A stretch of 46,703 nucleotides of DNA, the filler included, from Streblomastix strix (Eukaryota), in assembly GCA_008636045.1 (NCBI GenBank). It is 2 parts of 2 records of this genome, joined end to end, with 100 filler letters (N's around TTAATTAATTAA, not from the genome) between each part and the next. Parts side by side here need not be neighbours in the genome. Positions count along the whole stretch, not along the records: positions 1 to 23,316 come from SNRW01000291.1; positions 23,417 to 46,703 come from SNRW01000292.1. The stretch is one strand, 5' to 3'. The translations under genes and the position numbers were made by a program. Position 1 is the first letter of the stretch; each line of letters begins with the position of its first letter. This document shows, in pieces, positions 11,951 to 23,774 of the stretch. The notes below the pieces were generated by a model. That model had not been told where the DNA came from and made no database searches. It saw nothing but the letters and a program-made list of their open reading frames with translations.

Positions 11951-13885
11951 ATGTCATTCAGTGCTTCAGATTATTTAGCACGTTTATCGAAAGCATCACA
12001 TTCGGATTATGTTTCATCATATTCTGCACTAAATGAAGTGCTAAGAACTTTGACAATTGAAGCTTAATCATTCACACTATCCAAATAGGAATTTTTTGAC
12101 TAGCCAAGAAATACTTTAACTTCAGGTGGTACTAGATATACTCGTGCTCCATTAGGCGCTAGAGGTAGTGCTACTTGCTGCTGTGTTTAGACCTGCTAAG
12201 TTAATTGGACAATTACTATACCCGCTAATACTATAGGAATATAATTAAATAGAGTAAATACAACAAAAGGTTTGTTAACTAACGCAGAATTTGCCGGATT
12301 TAGAACAAACTTTAATGGAACTATGACAGCTACAACTGCACTAGCTACAAACATAACATAGGGTACATAACATTATAATGTTGATAAAGTACTTAAATTT
12401 TTGTTAGGATTCTCAACAGCTTGCGGGCCATTCTAATAAATAGCTATATGTCGTGATAATACAAAATTATGGGAAACATCTATTTATGCTAGAGAACAGG
12501 CTATAATATGTTCTAATTCACTATCTGACCTTACAGTTAATAACAGCGTTACTGTTTCACTGTTAGAGAGTATAGTTTTGGGTAAGCGCCATTGCGGTGT
12601 GTTTATCGATATCGCATGTGCTAAAATTACTACTAATCAAGATTTCTATTATCGAATTCCTGATCCTATTACTTTCTCTGGAGTAATAGACTTGAATTAA
12701 CTTAACCTGATATTTAATGAATTTCCTGTACTGACTAGAAATTATGCTTCATTATATTTATAACTTTGGATGACCGATTTCCTATAAGATTTGAAGGTAG
12801 TTTGGCTAAATAAATCCAAATCGTTTGATACTTGTTTAGCTTACGCAATGATACCAGCGGAGAAACCGGATATAATTACTTTACTAGATGACAGTGACCC
12901 ACCTGTAAGTTAACAATTTTCTGTTCGATTGATTAATTGTAGAGATCTAGGCGATGCAGCTACTGACCCCAAAAATAGTATGTATTAAATTGATACAGCT
13001 TATTTTGATTATTTATCTATACATAATTTATGCTTCACTATGGAGAATGAAATGGCAATTATCGATATGATTAGAGCGTAAAAAATAATCTACTTTCCAA
13101 CTTAAGTATTAAAGACCAAATCAACCAATTATCCTATGTCAGGAACTTAAATGTAAACGATAATGTCGTTCTCTAATATAAAAAGTGTATTTATGACATT
13201 CGCTATGTAATAATATCCAACATGGTTCTTCCCACTACTAATAAAGAAGATTGATTTAATCATTGACCAAAAGCATGCGACACCTAATCCATATGAAGCA
13301 CTAACTACTGATGTTAATGGTTCAATTTTTTAATGCTTCGTTGACTAGGATATTGTATCAGCACCATCAGATCTTTATCGTTCACTAACGTTTGAGAACA
13401 TTAATATAAATGATAAGTATTATTAATATGGCAAAGATGATGGGCCTGCAGAAAATTAAGATAAAATATTCTTTAATACAACACTATTTAAGGGATCTAA
13501 TGCAATTAAAACGTATTATCCGAATAAATTTATGCTAGCATGGAAATTGACGACAGATTATTCGTTCATGTGAGGCTATAATAGTACGAGGGTAGGAGCT
13601 AGAACAAATATACAAATGATACTCCATTATAATATTGCAACCGGAATTATAGATAATTTTAAGGTTCTCGATACCGATCCTGCCACTACAGAGAACTAAA
13701 ATAATTTTGCCGGATTTATAGGAACTAGAAGCTACCCTATTTCAACATAGATTGCGTAGACTCCACTGGTTCACCTCTTGCGTGATTCAAATGTTAGAAT
13801 AATGTTCGATGATGCCCCTGAATCATAAGTATTAAATTTAGAGGTAATTGGAGAAATTAGTGGTAGTATGATTGTGGCAGGTTGA
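11951..13885 (+). pseudogene. Putative double-jelly-roll major capsid protein (~640 aa), frameshifted
   Basis: Largest structural-type ORF, beta-strand-rich and higher GC, in Polinton context. Frameshifts near 12100 and 13250 and a TGA at 13571. Fold is inferred, not proven. Confidence 0.7.
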
Positions 13886-14012
13886 AACATTAATTTTAGG
13901 ATAATTTAAGCGCTAACTTTAAGGAATCAATTTTAGTCCCTAACATCGAGTGACAATATTTAGACAGTCAAAAATAATAATAATCGAAGATTCTTAGACT
14001 CAAAGAGTATAA

Positions 14013-14384
14013 TCAAAGTAATTTATTTCGTTAATTTATTTCTTCAACACATTCATCGATGCACTAGCAACTATGTTGCCGCTCTAAAGAGTAGCGATAA
14101 TAATCAATTATTCTATTTAGTCTATTATTATTGTGACCTTATCGTTATTTTTCACTTGTTTCTATAATATTGTCGAATATTATTTTGAACTATTTATATT
14201 ATTATAGTGTTAATACCAACTTCGGCAGCATAGCTGACTCAATCTTCGATTGCGTTGGTGGCATAAATGCTATTAATATTGATTTACCACAATAAGGTAT
14301 TAGATCTCCTCTATCGTAACTTAAATTTCCTATTACATTATAATTGAGGGAATATTCGTTATAGGAGCAACGTGATCCTGACAT
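14013..14384 (-). CDS. Viral hypothetical protein (123 aa) with two in-frame hairpin inserts
   Basis: Extends track ORF 14202-14384 by TAR readthrough to the first TGA. Confidence 0.5.
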
Positions 14385-14592
14385 TTATATATGATTAAAA
14401 AGTTAATGAGGAAATTTTACCATGATTAGCGTATAAATTAGTATATAAATTAGCCAATGATTAGCGTATAAATTGCCCGCGAATTAGCCCTTGAATTAGC
14501 CCAAAAGTCAAATTTTTAAATTTTTTGAAAAATAATTCGTAGGTGCAACTTGCTTTTTATTTTTATTTTTAATTTTTTTATCCAGATAACAA

Positions 14593-15255
14593 ATGACATT
14601 CTTTGATAAATACATAACAGATAAGGAATCAGCTTAAGATAAGATGAGTAGAGTTAGCTATGAAAAATAACGTTAAGGATATGAACAAATAATAGACTAC
14701 CCCAGATATTTGATTAATGATTAATTAACTGTTTGGGATACAAAGCTAGATAGGGAAGTTAACCCCTAATCAAAGAAAAGTAGAAGCGGTGGACTAATAA
14801 GTAGATAAATTAGGTTGAACGATATCAACGGCAAACGTTGTGATTTATCCTTCAGTTATCTTGTAGCTAAATAATTTATACCAAATGAGGACATTAATAA
14901 AAATAAAATTTTCTACTTAGCTAATGATCTCGAGAATGATTCAATTGATTACTTATTATGGATCGACTAAATTAACTATAATCGATATAATACAAATAAG
15001 TACTATTAAATAAGATCTAAAGAAAAAATGAAAGATAAAAAATTAACCGATCTGTTTGAGTATAAAAATAGAGTATTAGATGATTATTACGTATTGGATG
15101 AAGCACAAAATATTTGGTTTAATAATCTCGATAATGATACTTATATGTAGCTAAAAACAAATGATAATGGGAAAGGTAACTTATATGTTAATGTATATGA
15201 TAATAATAAGGTTGAGTTTAAATTGTGCATCGAAACATTAATTAAATAATTTTGA
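14593..15255 (+). CDS. Degenerate (probably inactive) NUMOD4/HNH-like protein, 220 aa
   Basis: LVAKQFIPNEDINKNKIFYLANDLENDSIDYLLW aligns with the HNH scaffold but lacks the catalytic His. Confidence 0.7.
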
Positions 15256-15294
15256 AATTTATTTTTTTTTTATTTTTTTTTATCCACTAGGTAA

Positions 15295-15852
15295 ATGACT
15301 GATAATAACCAATAATAATTTGTCCGACTTGTTGTTGAACTTGAATTTGAAATAACAACTACATAACCATGGCGCGTTAGACGCATAGCTGATGGATTTA
15401 TGCCAAATATTAATTTAAATGTTGATGGTTATATGTAATTAAGATTGGGCAGACACGTGTATGTATTACATCGATTAGTTGCGCTATAATTCATACCTAA
15501 TGACGATCCTGAAAATAAGATATAGACAGATCATGTGTCATAGATCAGAACAGATAATTCGATTGATAACCTGAGATGGGTTACAATTAGCTAAAATTGT
15601 TTGAATAAAAATTATATATACCTTGACGATATAGATGACGAAAGTATAGTGTTTAACGAGTATGGTAGTTGGTAATTTGAAAACTTGTACTTTCATGATG
15701 ATGTGAATTATTTATTTAAAGGAATATAATTTAAGTAGCTTCATATTAATTAAACAAAGGGTGGATTATACTTTGTATGTGCGGCTGTTATCAACGGCAT
15801 GCGTCATAAAATTTGTTATACCAAGTTCTAACGATTTGTTGGTCTTATTTGA
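15295..15852 (+). CDS. HNH homing-type endonuclease, 185 aa
   Basis: HRLVALQFIPNDDPENKIQTDHVSQIRTDNSIDNLRWVTISQN, intact frame. Confidence 0.9.
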
Positions 15853-16077
15853 AAAATTATTATTTTTGATAAATGTTTGTACTATCTAAGAAGTACATGT
15901 TCTCATATAAATAGAAATATATGTGGATAAAAATTAGATACTTAACTTAGCTGGATAATTGATCTAGGGGGTGATGGTGAAATTAACCACCACAGCTAAC
16001 TCCGAAAAGAGTGTACCCTGTTAATTTATCTTTAACTTATCTAGATAAAATAAAATTAATTTTTTTTATTACTATAA

Positions 16078-19000
16078 ATGGTACCATCAAAAGGTTAATT
16101 ATTAAATTTACTCCATATAATATCCCCACAATTGAAAAGTAGCAAAACATATTAGTAATTGAAGTAATAATTAAAACGAGTACTTGATAAAAAAGATATT
16201 CCACGCAAAGGAACAAGAAACAATTATGATATACTATAATAATTTTTAACTGACCTTGATACCAGATTAGATAACTAATTTTATTAACGTTAGCCAATAA
16301 CACCTAAAATATATTTTAACTAGATAATATAATAATTAGAACCAAATTTATAGTATATTTTCCAACCTCAATTATAGGAAATTAATTGACAAATTGAATC
16401 AACTCGTTAGCGTAGATTATTAAAGTTAGCTAATGATGGTGTACTATTGTTGGCTCATCCAGCAGACATAGACGAATTCAATAAGGTGCTCAACAATTCA
16501 AAATCTAACTATGACGATTAGAATCACGTTGAACGAAACCCAATAACAATAGCTCATTATAATAATTAAATAACTAGCGTATTAAATATATACGATTTCA
16601 TCGATTCAATTCATACTTCAATGAAAAATAAAATATATAAGTTAGCAATTGATTTTAGAATCATATATGAAAGGAAAGATAGAGATAAAAAATAACGACG
16701 AACGGATTACATATAGCTATATTATCCCTAGAGAATCAATGACAGAAAGAAGAGCCCCAATATTATTACGTACATAATAAGAGATAGAACTATATAAAAA
16801 TTATATTGAATCATTAGTTATATCCATATAAGAGCGAACATTAACTGATACAAAAGAAAAATATGTTGCAATTTATTCAATATGCGCAATAACTTATCTT
16901 CTTCCAATCAGTGGTAAATCAATTCCGAGTATAAAATTACATTTATCCAAGAAGCGCTAATGCCTCAGATATGTTAACTCACCTTATCCTAATACTTGCG
17001 TTCTGGAAGCGATTGCCAGATATTAGTTGAAAGATAGTAAGGAGAAAAGATTCAACGATAAATAAGTACTTACAAAAATGAAGGAAATTGGTACTCTATT
17101 TTATGGGGAATTTAACCCAAGAAAATTTGAGAGTTTCAATTACGCAACAAATATACAAATAATCCATAAACACTTAAACATATCTGTTAACTTATTTTCC
17201 TATGAATATAACGACAGTTCTTTTCGCTATTATTTTGCCTAATCTTTTCCAATTAAATAAAATAAAGAAATAAATTTATTACTTATTTAATCTGAAGAAC
17301 TAAATGGTATCAATATCCACACATTACTAGTGACAGATAAAGAACGTTTGACTGATCTACTCTTTTGCCCAATTTGCTAGAATCATTGTTTTCAAGTTGA
17401 TTCACACTCTAAAGAGAACATGGCTAAACATATAGAGAAATATAGATTAAATAAGGGGTAAATTAAAAAATTGGTTTTGTTGGATAACATTTAACGACCG
17501 TTCGTACCCCATATCATGTAAAATAAGGCTTATCGCTATTTACTCGCGCATAATAGATCTAGTGAATTTAAGCCAACTTAATACTTTATAACTTATGATT
17601 TCGAAACATATGAATAAAAAATAAATACTGAGTTTAGTAAAGATAGTAAATTAATATCTAAATTTATCCTCCTATCAGTAGCGAGCACTATTTATTCAAT
17701 TAATGGTATTAAATCAATTTATTTCGATATTCGAACAGATAACTTCGATAATTAATGGTTAAATGAAATATTTAAAGAAGCTGTGTAAATTAAATACGAC
17801 AACAATTATGATGATGACCTCATTCCTTATTCAATCGAAGTCCCAACCCTAGGATATAATTCCGCTAAGTTTGATATGTCCTTATTATTTCCATATTTAT
17901 TCTCAAGTTAATGGAAAATAACTAGCTATTTGGGTACTTCTTAATTCTGTAAATAGTTAATTATATCCCTTAATAATTTATCAGTAAAGCTTAAATTTTT
18001 AGACGCATTCTTATATGTAGCACCACTAATGAAACTCAATTAATTTGTACTTAATTTCTCAAACTAATAATAAATTAAGGGCTTATTTCCTTATGATCTA
18101 ATGAATGATAATTATGAAGATTAGCTGTCTTAATCTATCCCCTTTAATTAATCCGATTTCAATAACACGTTGAAAAATAGTTCTATAACAGATGAGGAAT
18201 ATAAATAGTACTTATTGGATTATAAGTAATTCAATAACAGGTGGGATTATTTAAAACATTATAATATACTGGATACTTCGTTAATGGTTGAACCAATAAA
18301 AATTTAATTAACCTGTTCTTTGAATATAAAGTTGATATGTTTTAATTTATCTCGATGGCCAGTTGCGCTAATGCGGTCAAGTATTCTATGGCCTATAACG
18401 ATTTCAAATTAAATGGCGATTATTCAATAACTAGTTTTGATCCACCATTCTATCTTACACCTTTATATTGGAAAGCTAATGTAGAAGGGTATATTTCCTA
18501 AGATAAATTAGCCCATAGGCCTACTGATAATAACGTTAAAGAAAGTGATTATGATTACTTCCAAAAATTATTTAGATAGCCCTGTTATATTTGCCACGAT
18601 TAATTTACATTTAAAAATAAGCCCACATTAGATTGACTGAATAATTCCGTATCTCATAGTAAGAATAATGTTCGATAGTGCTGTTTATACTGTAACTAGG
18701 TCAAAAGTAATAGGAACGATTATGAGATGAAGCTACTGATATAACTAAAAAATATTGTTAAAAATATAATTTACCTACAACAATTAATAATTAATAAGTG
18801 TACTAAACGTTAAGAGATGGAATCACTGGTGGATTGAGTAATGTAATGAACAGAATAAATATTGCTAATTAAACTAAAATTAAAAAATTAATTTATTAAG
18901 ATAAAGTGAAAGTAATTGAAACAGATAATGTTGTCACTAATATCATAGGATTGGATTTCAACTCTTTATATCCCTCTGCTATGAGTTGTTAATTTCACCC

Positions 19001-19990
19001 ATTAAATCCGTACACTCATCATAAATTATTTATGGCAAGAACAGTTAAGGAAGTGATTAATGTTAATAAATAAAATAAACAACGTTGTTTAAATATAAAT
19101 AATTCCCAGACTAGATACACTCTGGCCGGTTAATTATTTATCGTTACCATTAAGGGACATATATCTGATATTAATCAACATATTAACTTTCCACCTATCC
19201 TGAGAAATTTATCATACACAACTAACGAGCAAACAATTGGTAGTTATACCTATAACTTTATGAAAAATAATAATATAAAGGTTGACAAAGAAGAAAGAAA
19301 ATTAACTTAATTATTATCCACTCCCGATTAATTTATGTCCTTCTGTTCTTACTATTTATGGTTCTTAATTGATGCATGTAATTTTGTAATTGATGACATA
19401 AGTTAACTTATTTTATTTACCAAACACGATAAATTTAATTCATTTGTTAACACATTTATGAATAGGCGAATATAAGCGATTAAATCAAATAATAAGGGTT
19501 AGATTAATTTTGTAAAATAGTTATGAACGCTAGCTATGGATCTGATGAGATGAACGCTAAGAAGTTTAGTAATGTAAAATTAAGATCTAAAGCGGACACA
19601 TTTATTTCACATTTAACAGGTAACTTTATGAACGAACGTTAATTATCAGATAATCTTTATGCTGTCTAACTTAATACAGATAAATGTAAGTGTACAACTC
19701 CATTATAGGAAGCTTATTTTACTCTAGATAACGCAAAGTATTGGTATCTCAATTTCATATATAATTTTATGTATAAGTGCTTAGATAAAAATAGGTTTCA
19801 TTTTATTGAAGGGGATACAGATTAAATGTACTTCGCAGTTGCTGGTGACATTAATTAATCGATTAATTAGGGGTTTAGCCAAATTGTTATTGATCAATAA
19901 TTTTATGATACTAACGCTAAATATTATTTTCCAACAACTGACGACCTAATTGAATAAAAGAAGTTATTAGGATTAGCGATTGAAAAAGAA
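16078..19990 (+). pseudogene. polB: Protein-primed family B DNA polymerase, frameshifted and C-terminally truncated
   Basis: ExoI YDFET, ExoII GYNSAKFD, KGLFPYD, ExoIII YNILD, motif A LDFNSLYPS, motif B KIVMNASYG, motif C EGDTD, ending KKLLGLAIEK. Start is tentative. Confidence 0.92.
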
Positions 19991-19992
19991 CT

Positions 19993-20427
19993 CCACTGCC
20001 CTATGGAATTAAAACTTAAAAATAACGGAAAAACAATAGTGGATATAATGAATCGTAATGAAAAATAAAAATAATTTATGGTTAAAACGAGAGAAAAATA
20101 AATAATAAAAATGATTTACGGATATGATTTACGGTAATGATTTACGGTTATAATTTATGTATAATACGGGGATGAAACATGGAAAATGAATAGGATTTAT
20201 TATAATAATTTTTGGTGATCGCTAATGCAATAAGTTAATTTTTAGAGTTAAATTACATTGGGCAGTGGGGTTCTTTGGCCTACTACTCTTGGGAATTAAT
20301 TTATGAGTTCAATCTTATACAGTTATTTTATTTTTGAGAATATTTTAAAGATTAGAGATTTTTATTATATTTGTATAGAAACAGTGTAAGAAAATATGGG
20401 GGATCTCCAAGGTTTTTCAATGATATA
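19993..20427 (+). repeat. Dispersed repeat copy 2 (direct, diverged copy of ~1582-2026)
   Basis: Colinear match to copy 1. Continues past GATATA without the AGTAGT virus end. Confidence 0.85.
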
Positions 20428-20715
20428 TGACGAATGAAAAATGATTAATCGTAAGGATGAATGAGAGGAAATATCTTATAGGGGAAAATATGTATAAAAA
20501 ATTAAGGTTAATCGAAGAAATTGAAGGTGACCAACTGATGCAAAATCACGAATAAATATCATTTATGGCGGCCATCAAAATAATCAGCTTTCAAAATTGT
20601 TCCACCTTCATTTTCACAAATATATTGAAGAATTTTCATTTATCATAGAATCATTCATTTCCAAAAATAATGGTCACGTCTCCAACACACCACATCAATA
20701 ATTTCATTTATGGTA

Positions 20716-20873
20716 TATGGCAGATGGCAGACAAAAATTGCTGGCGTCTCTAGGATTTGTTCCGTTCCGTTCCTTGTTCCACCTAGATAAATCACTTCAT
20801 TCGCCCACTCCGCTAGCACACACATACTAATGGTGGAACAAATCCGTGTTCCATTTTCAAAATGCCTGCCATA
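20716..20873. repeat. Nested inverted-repeat structure downstream of the helicase gene
   Basis: TATGGCAG/CTGCCATA, GGATTTGTTCC/GGAACAAATCC and TGTTCCACC/GGTGGAACA pairs. Confidence 0.6.
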
Positions 20874-20900
20874 AATGTTTGAACAAAAATAAATTCATTT

Positions 20901-22780
20901 TCATTCTTCTTTTGTCTCTTATACTACCTAATCAATGAACCCATTATCTTCAATTGTTTTCTTATATTTCTAGTAATTTGCATTAGATGTTTCGATATCT
21001 TCTTCACTTATCATTTTATCGTAATATCTCAATTAATCTTCATTTAATTTGTATACTCTAGTTCTTAATCCATTAATTCTTGGCGTTTATTCTGTACATT
21101 TATGTATCATTGTATTCTTAATTGTTTTCAATTACCAATTTTACGGTTTGCATTAATTTACAAGAGCTATTCGAATTCCTTATTTGAACTATTCATAGTG
21201 TTCCATAATTACATCATCTATTGAAGATCGACTATCATTTATCAATTATTTCTTTGCTTCAGTCATTGGAATTAATGTTAGATTGAACTATGAAATATCT
21301 CTTTCGAGTAGGAATGTCATTAAATTTTCATAAAATTCTTAAGTATAGCTCTAGCTTAATTCATTAAAATATTCAACATCCTCCTTATTTTCTTCACTCA
21401 CTTAATGAACAGTCTTACATGCGCATAATAAATGACGTCTATCATCAGTGTCCAATTATACAGGCATATCAGCGTTTGTTACATAAATTATATTCATTAC
21501 ATTCTCAGCTGCTCTTCTAGGCTAATTCTTTTCATTAATTCTTATAGTTAAATCAGAAATAATTGATTTCATTACTGTTGCAACACCTTTCTTTGAATCA
21601 TTATAATTCATCATTTCATTCAGTACTGCAAATATTTTATTTTCAACTACTGAATTGAATCTTCCTGTGAATTCATCTATGTTTGTTATGTTAGAGCAAC
21701 TATATCGACTTGTTAGTTCAGCAATCACATCAGTGAATCTATTTTTACCTATACCTTATCTACCTTGTAATACTATTGCAGTTCTCGATTTTTTCCAGGA
21801 TTTTGTATCAACCATGCAATCCAATTAAGGATATATTCATAGACTCGTTCATCACCTGCAGCAATAGTTTCTTTAATCAAATAGAAGTACATCTGCAAGC
21901 ATTCATAATCAATTGTATGTAATTTCTTATATTTATACCCTTGGAAAACTGTAAGAATCTTTGGATCTTCACTTATGAATTTACATCTTTTCTTAAAAAA
22001 TTTTGAAGCATATTTCTTAAAGATATGTTTTACAGTTATTGGTTTTGAGTTATCTTTTTCATCAATTTTCTTATTCTTGAAATTTATATTAATTTTCTCT
22101 AATTATTTATAGACTGTTCCTTCTAATTTGTGATATAAAACTTATGTATCACAAATAGCATCATATCCTTTAATCGCATATATATCTTCAGTTTCACCTT
22201 CATAGTAGATTAATATTCTAGTTAAATCCATAACAATTTATTCTTCTTTCTCATATTCTCCATTAGCTGCTTTCTCTTACATGTCAAGTTGAGTGAAATC
22301 ATCAGTTAGATCAATTTTATTAAGAATCAATGTCTAGTTAATTTGTATTTATTTTTCCTTCTTTTTTCCTTCATAATTCTTTTTCAATAATGGTTTAATT
22401 ATCTATTCGTAGTGGTCTTTATTATGATATCTTAGGATTTTTGTAAGGATCCATGGATTAGGTTTGCGTTCTCCATTAGATGAAGCTTATCCATAGTTCT
22501 TATCAGCGTTTGCAGATAGCTTATTGAATTTACGTATATTTCCTATTCCTTCAGCACTAATTGTTTCATTACTTGTTCCATAAAATCCACAGAATATACT
22601 TAGAAGAGACACTTCCATATTGATTGGTTAAGGATAGTTATGTATTTCTAAGTTCTTCAATCCATTAACACACGCTTATGCAAGTTCATCATTCATTTGT
22701 TCAATTGTACCGTCATCATTGATTTACACTCCATACATTCTATCATGTTACTATTAAACGTAATCTTTATATGAGTGTTT
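20901..22780 (-). pseudogene. D5-like SF3 helicase (primase-helicase, 5'-truncated)
   Basis: YILNWIAWLIQNPGKK, Walker A LQGRQGIGKN, Walker B AVLNE, motif C IIYVTN, arginine finger DDRR. Confidence 0.88.
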
Positions 22781-23316
22781 ATAAACCAAAACAACCCATA
22801 TCATTTTATTGTATATAATACATATATTAAGCATATGTTATATGAATGTGATAATAATATGATTTGATTCTCCATGCAACCATACAAGCAAATCAATTTA
22901 TTTTTTTGATATAAATTTGAATAAATTTAATAAAAATTTAAATTAAAATTTTAAAAGATTTAAATATCGATAACAATTTATTATTTGAAAAAAAGTAACA
23001 ACGAATCATTCATCAACAATTAAAACAGTGAATCTCTTTAAAGTGCCTTTAACTTTTCTGCTTCTGCTGTTTATTGCAAAATTTTATTCCCCAATATCTG
23101 AAATTCCTGTTAATGGACGACCAACAATTTGATCATCAACAACAATAAAGTTCAAAAATTTCTTGAAACCATCCATAATGAGATAATATGCAGATGTTTC
23201 AAACCGATCAACGTCAAATCTGATTAATAATATGACATATATTAAGGAAAAATATAATATATATAAAAATATTTATTTTTATTATAAATATATTATTAAA
23301 AAAACATTATTAATAT

Positions 23317-23416
23317 NNNNNNNNNNNNNNNNNNNNNNNNNNNNNNNNNNNNNNNNNNNNTTAATTAATTAANNNNNNNNNNNNNNNNNNNNNNNNNNNN
23401 NNNNNNNNNNNNNNNN
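23317..23416. other. Artificial contig linker / assembly gap
   Basis: N44-TTAATTAATTAA-N44, a six-frame-stop spacer. Confidence 0.95.
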
Positions 23417-23647
23417 CGATTCAGTAATGTGAATGTATGAGGTCAAATATGTTGTACTTGAAGATTCTGCATTAAATATACAATTATCAATAGATACTTC
23501 CCTATTGTAGTCCGATTAACAGATTATCGCATCAGTCACTGAGCCGTCCAGGGTATACGTCTTGCCTGTATATGGTCCAACTTCACAGCCATCGCATAAT
23601 GCCGAATATGCAACAAGTATAACGATTGTCAAGCTTATTTGGCGCAT
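23417..23647 (-). CDS. Host secreted/surface protein N-terminus (truncated by the gap)
   Basis: MRQISLTIVILVAYSALC signal-peptide-like start and a VSIDNCIF beta-helix-like motif. Confidence 0.6.
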
Positions 23648-23774
23648 TGTTTGCTCAAAAATTTCAACAATTTTGCAAAGGGGCAGATCAATAAATTTAA
23701 AAGGAATGGTAAATTCATATTTTTACACATATATTTTAAAGTTTTATATTTATTATTATGTTATATTATTAGAA

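Larger units (their letters stand above)
2027..19990. mobile_element. Endogenous Polinton/Maverick-type virus, decayed, right end truncated
   Basis: Co-located rve integrase, A32-like ATPase, capsid-sized ORF, protein-primed PolB, fibre-like genes and HNH genes, intronless and compact. AGTAGTA at 2027, exactly where homology to the flanking repeat stops. Confidence 0.9.

Noticed and set aside
22820..23240. Minus-strand coding-like patches as the primase domain of the helicase gene
   Set aside because: No primase motifs were recognised. They look like exon fragments of an unrelated gene and are too weak to call
23361..23372. TTAATTAATTAA palindrome
   Set aside because: Symmetrically embedded in N runs, so it is a synthetic linker. 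Linkage across it cannot be assumed
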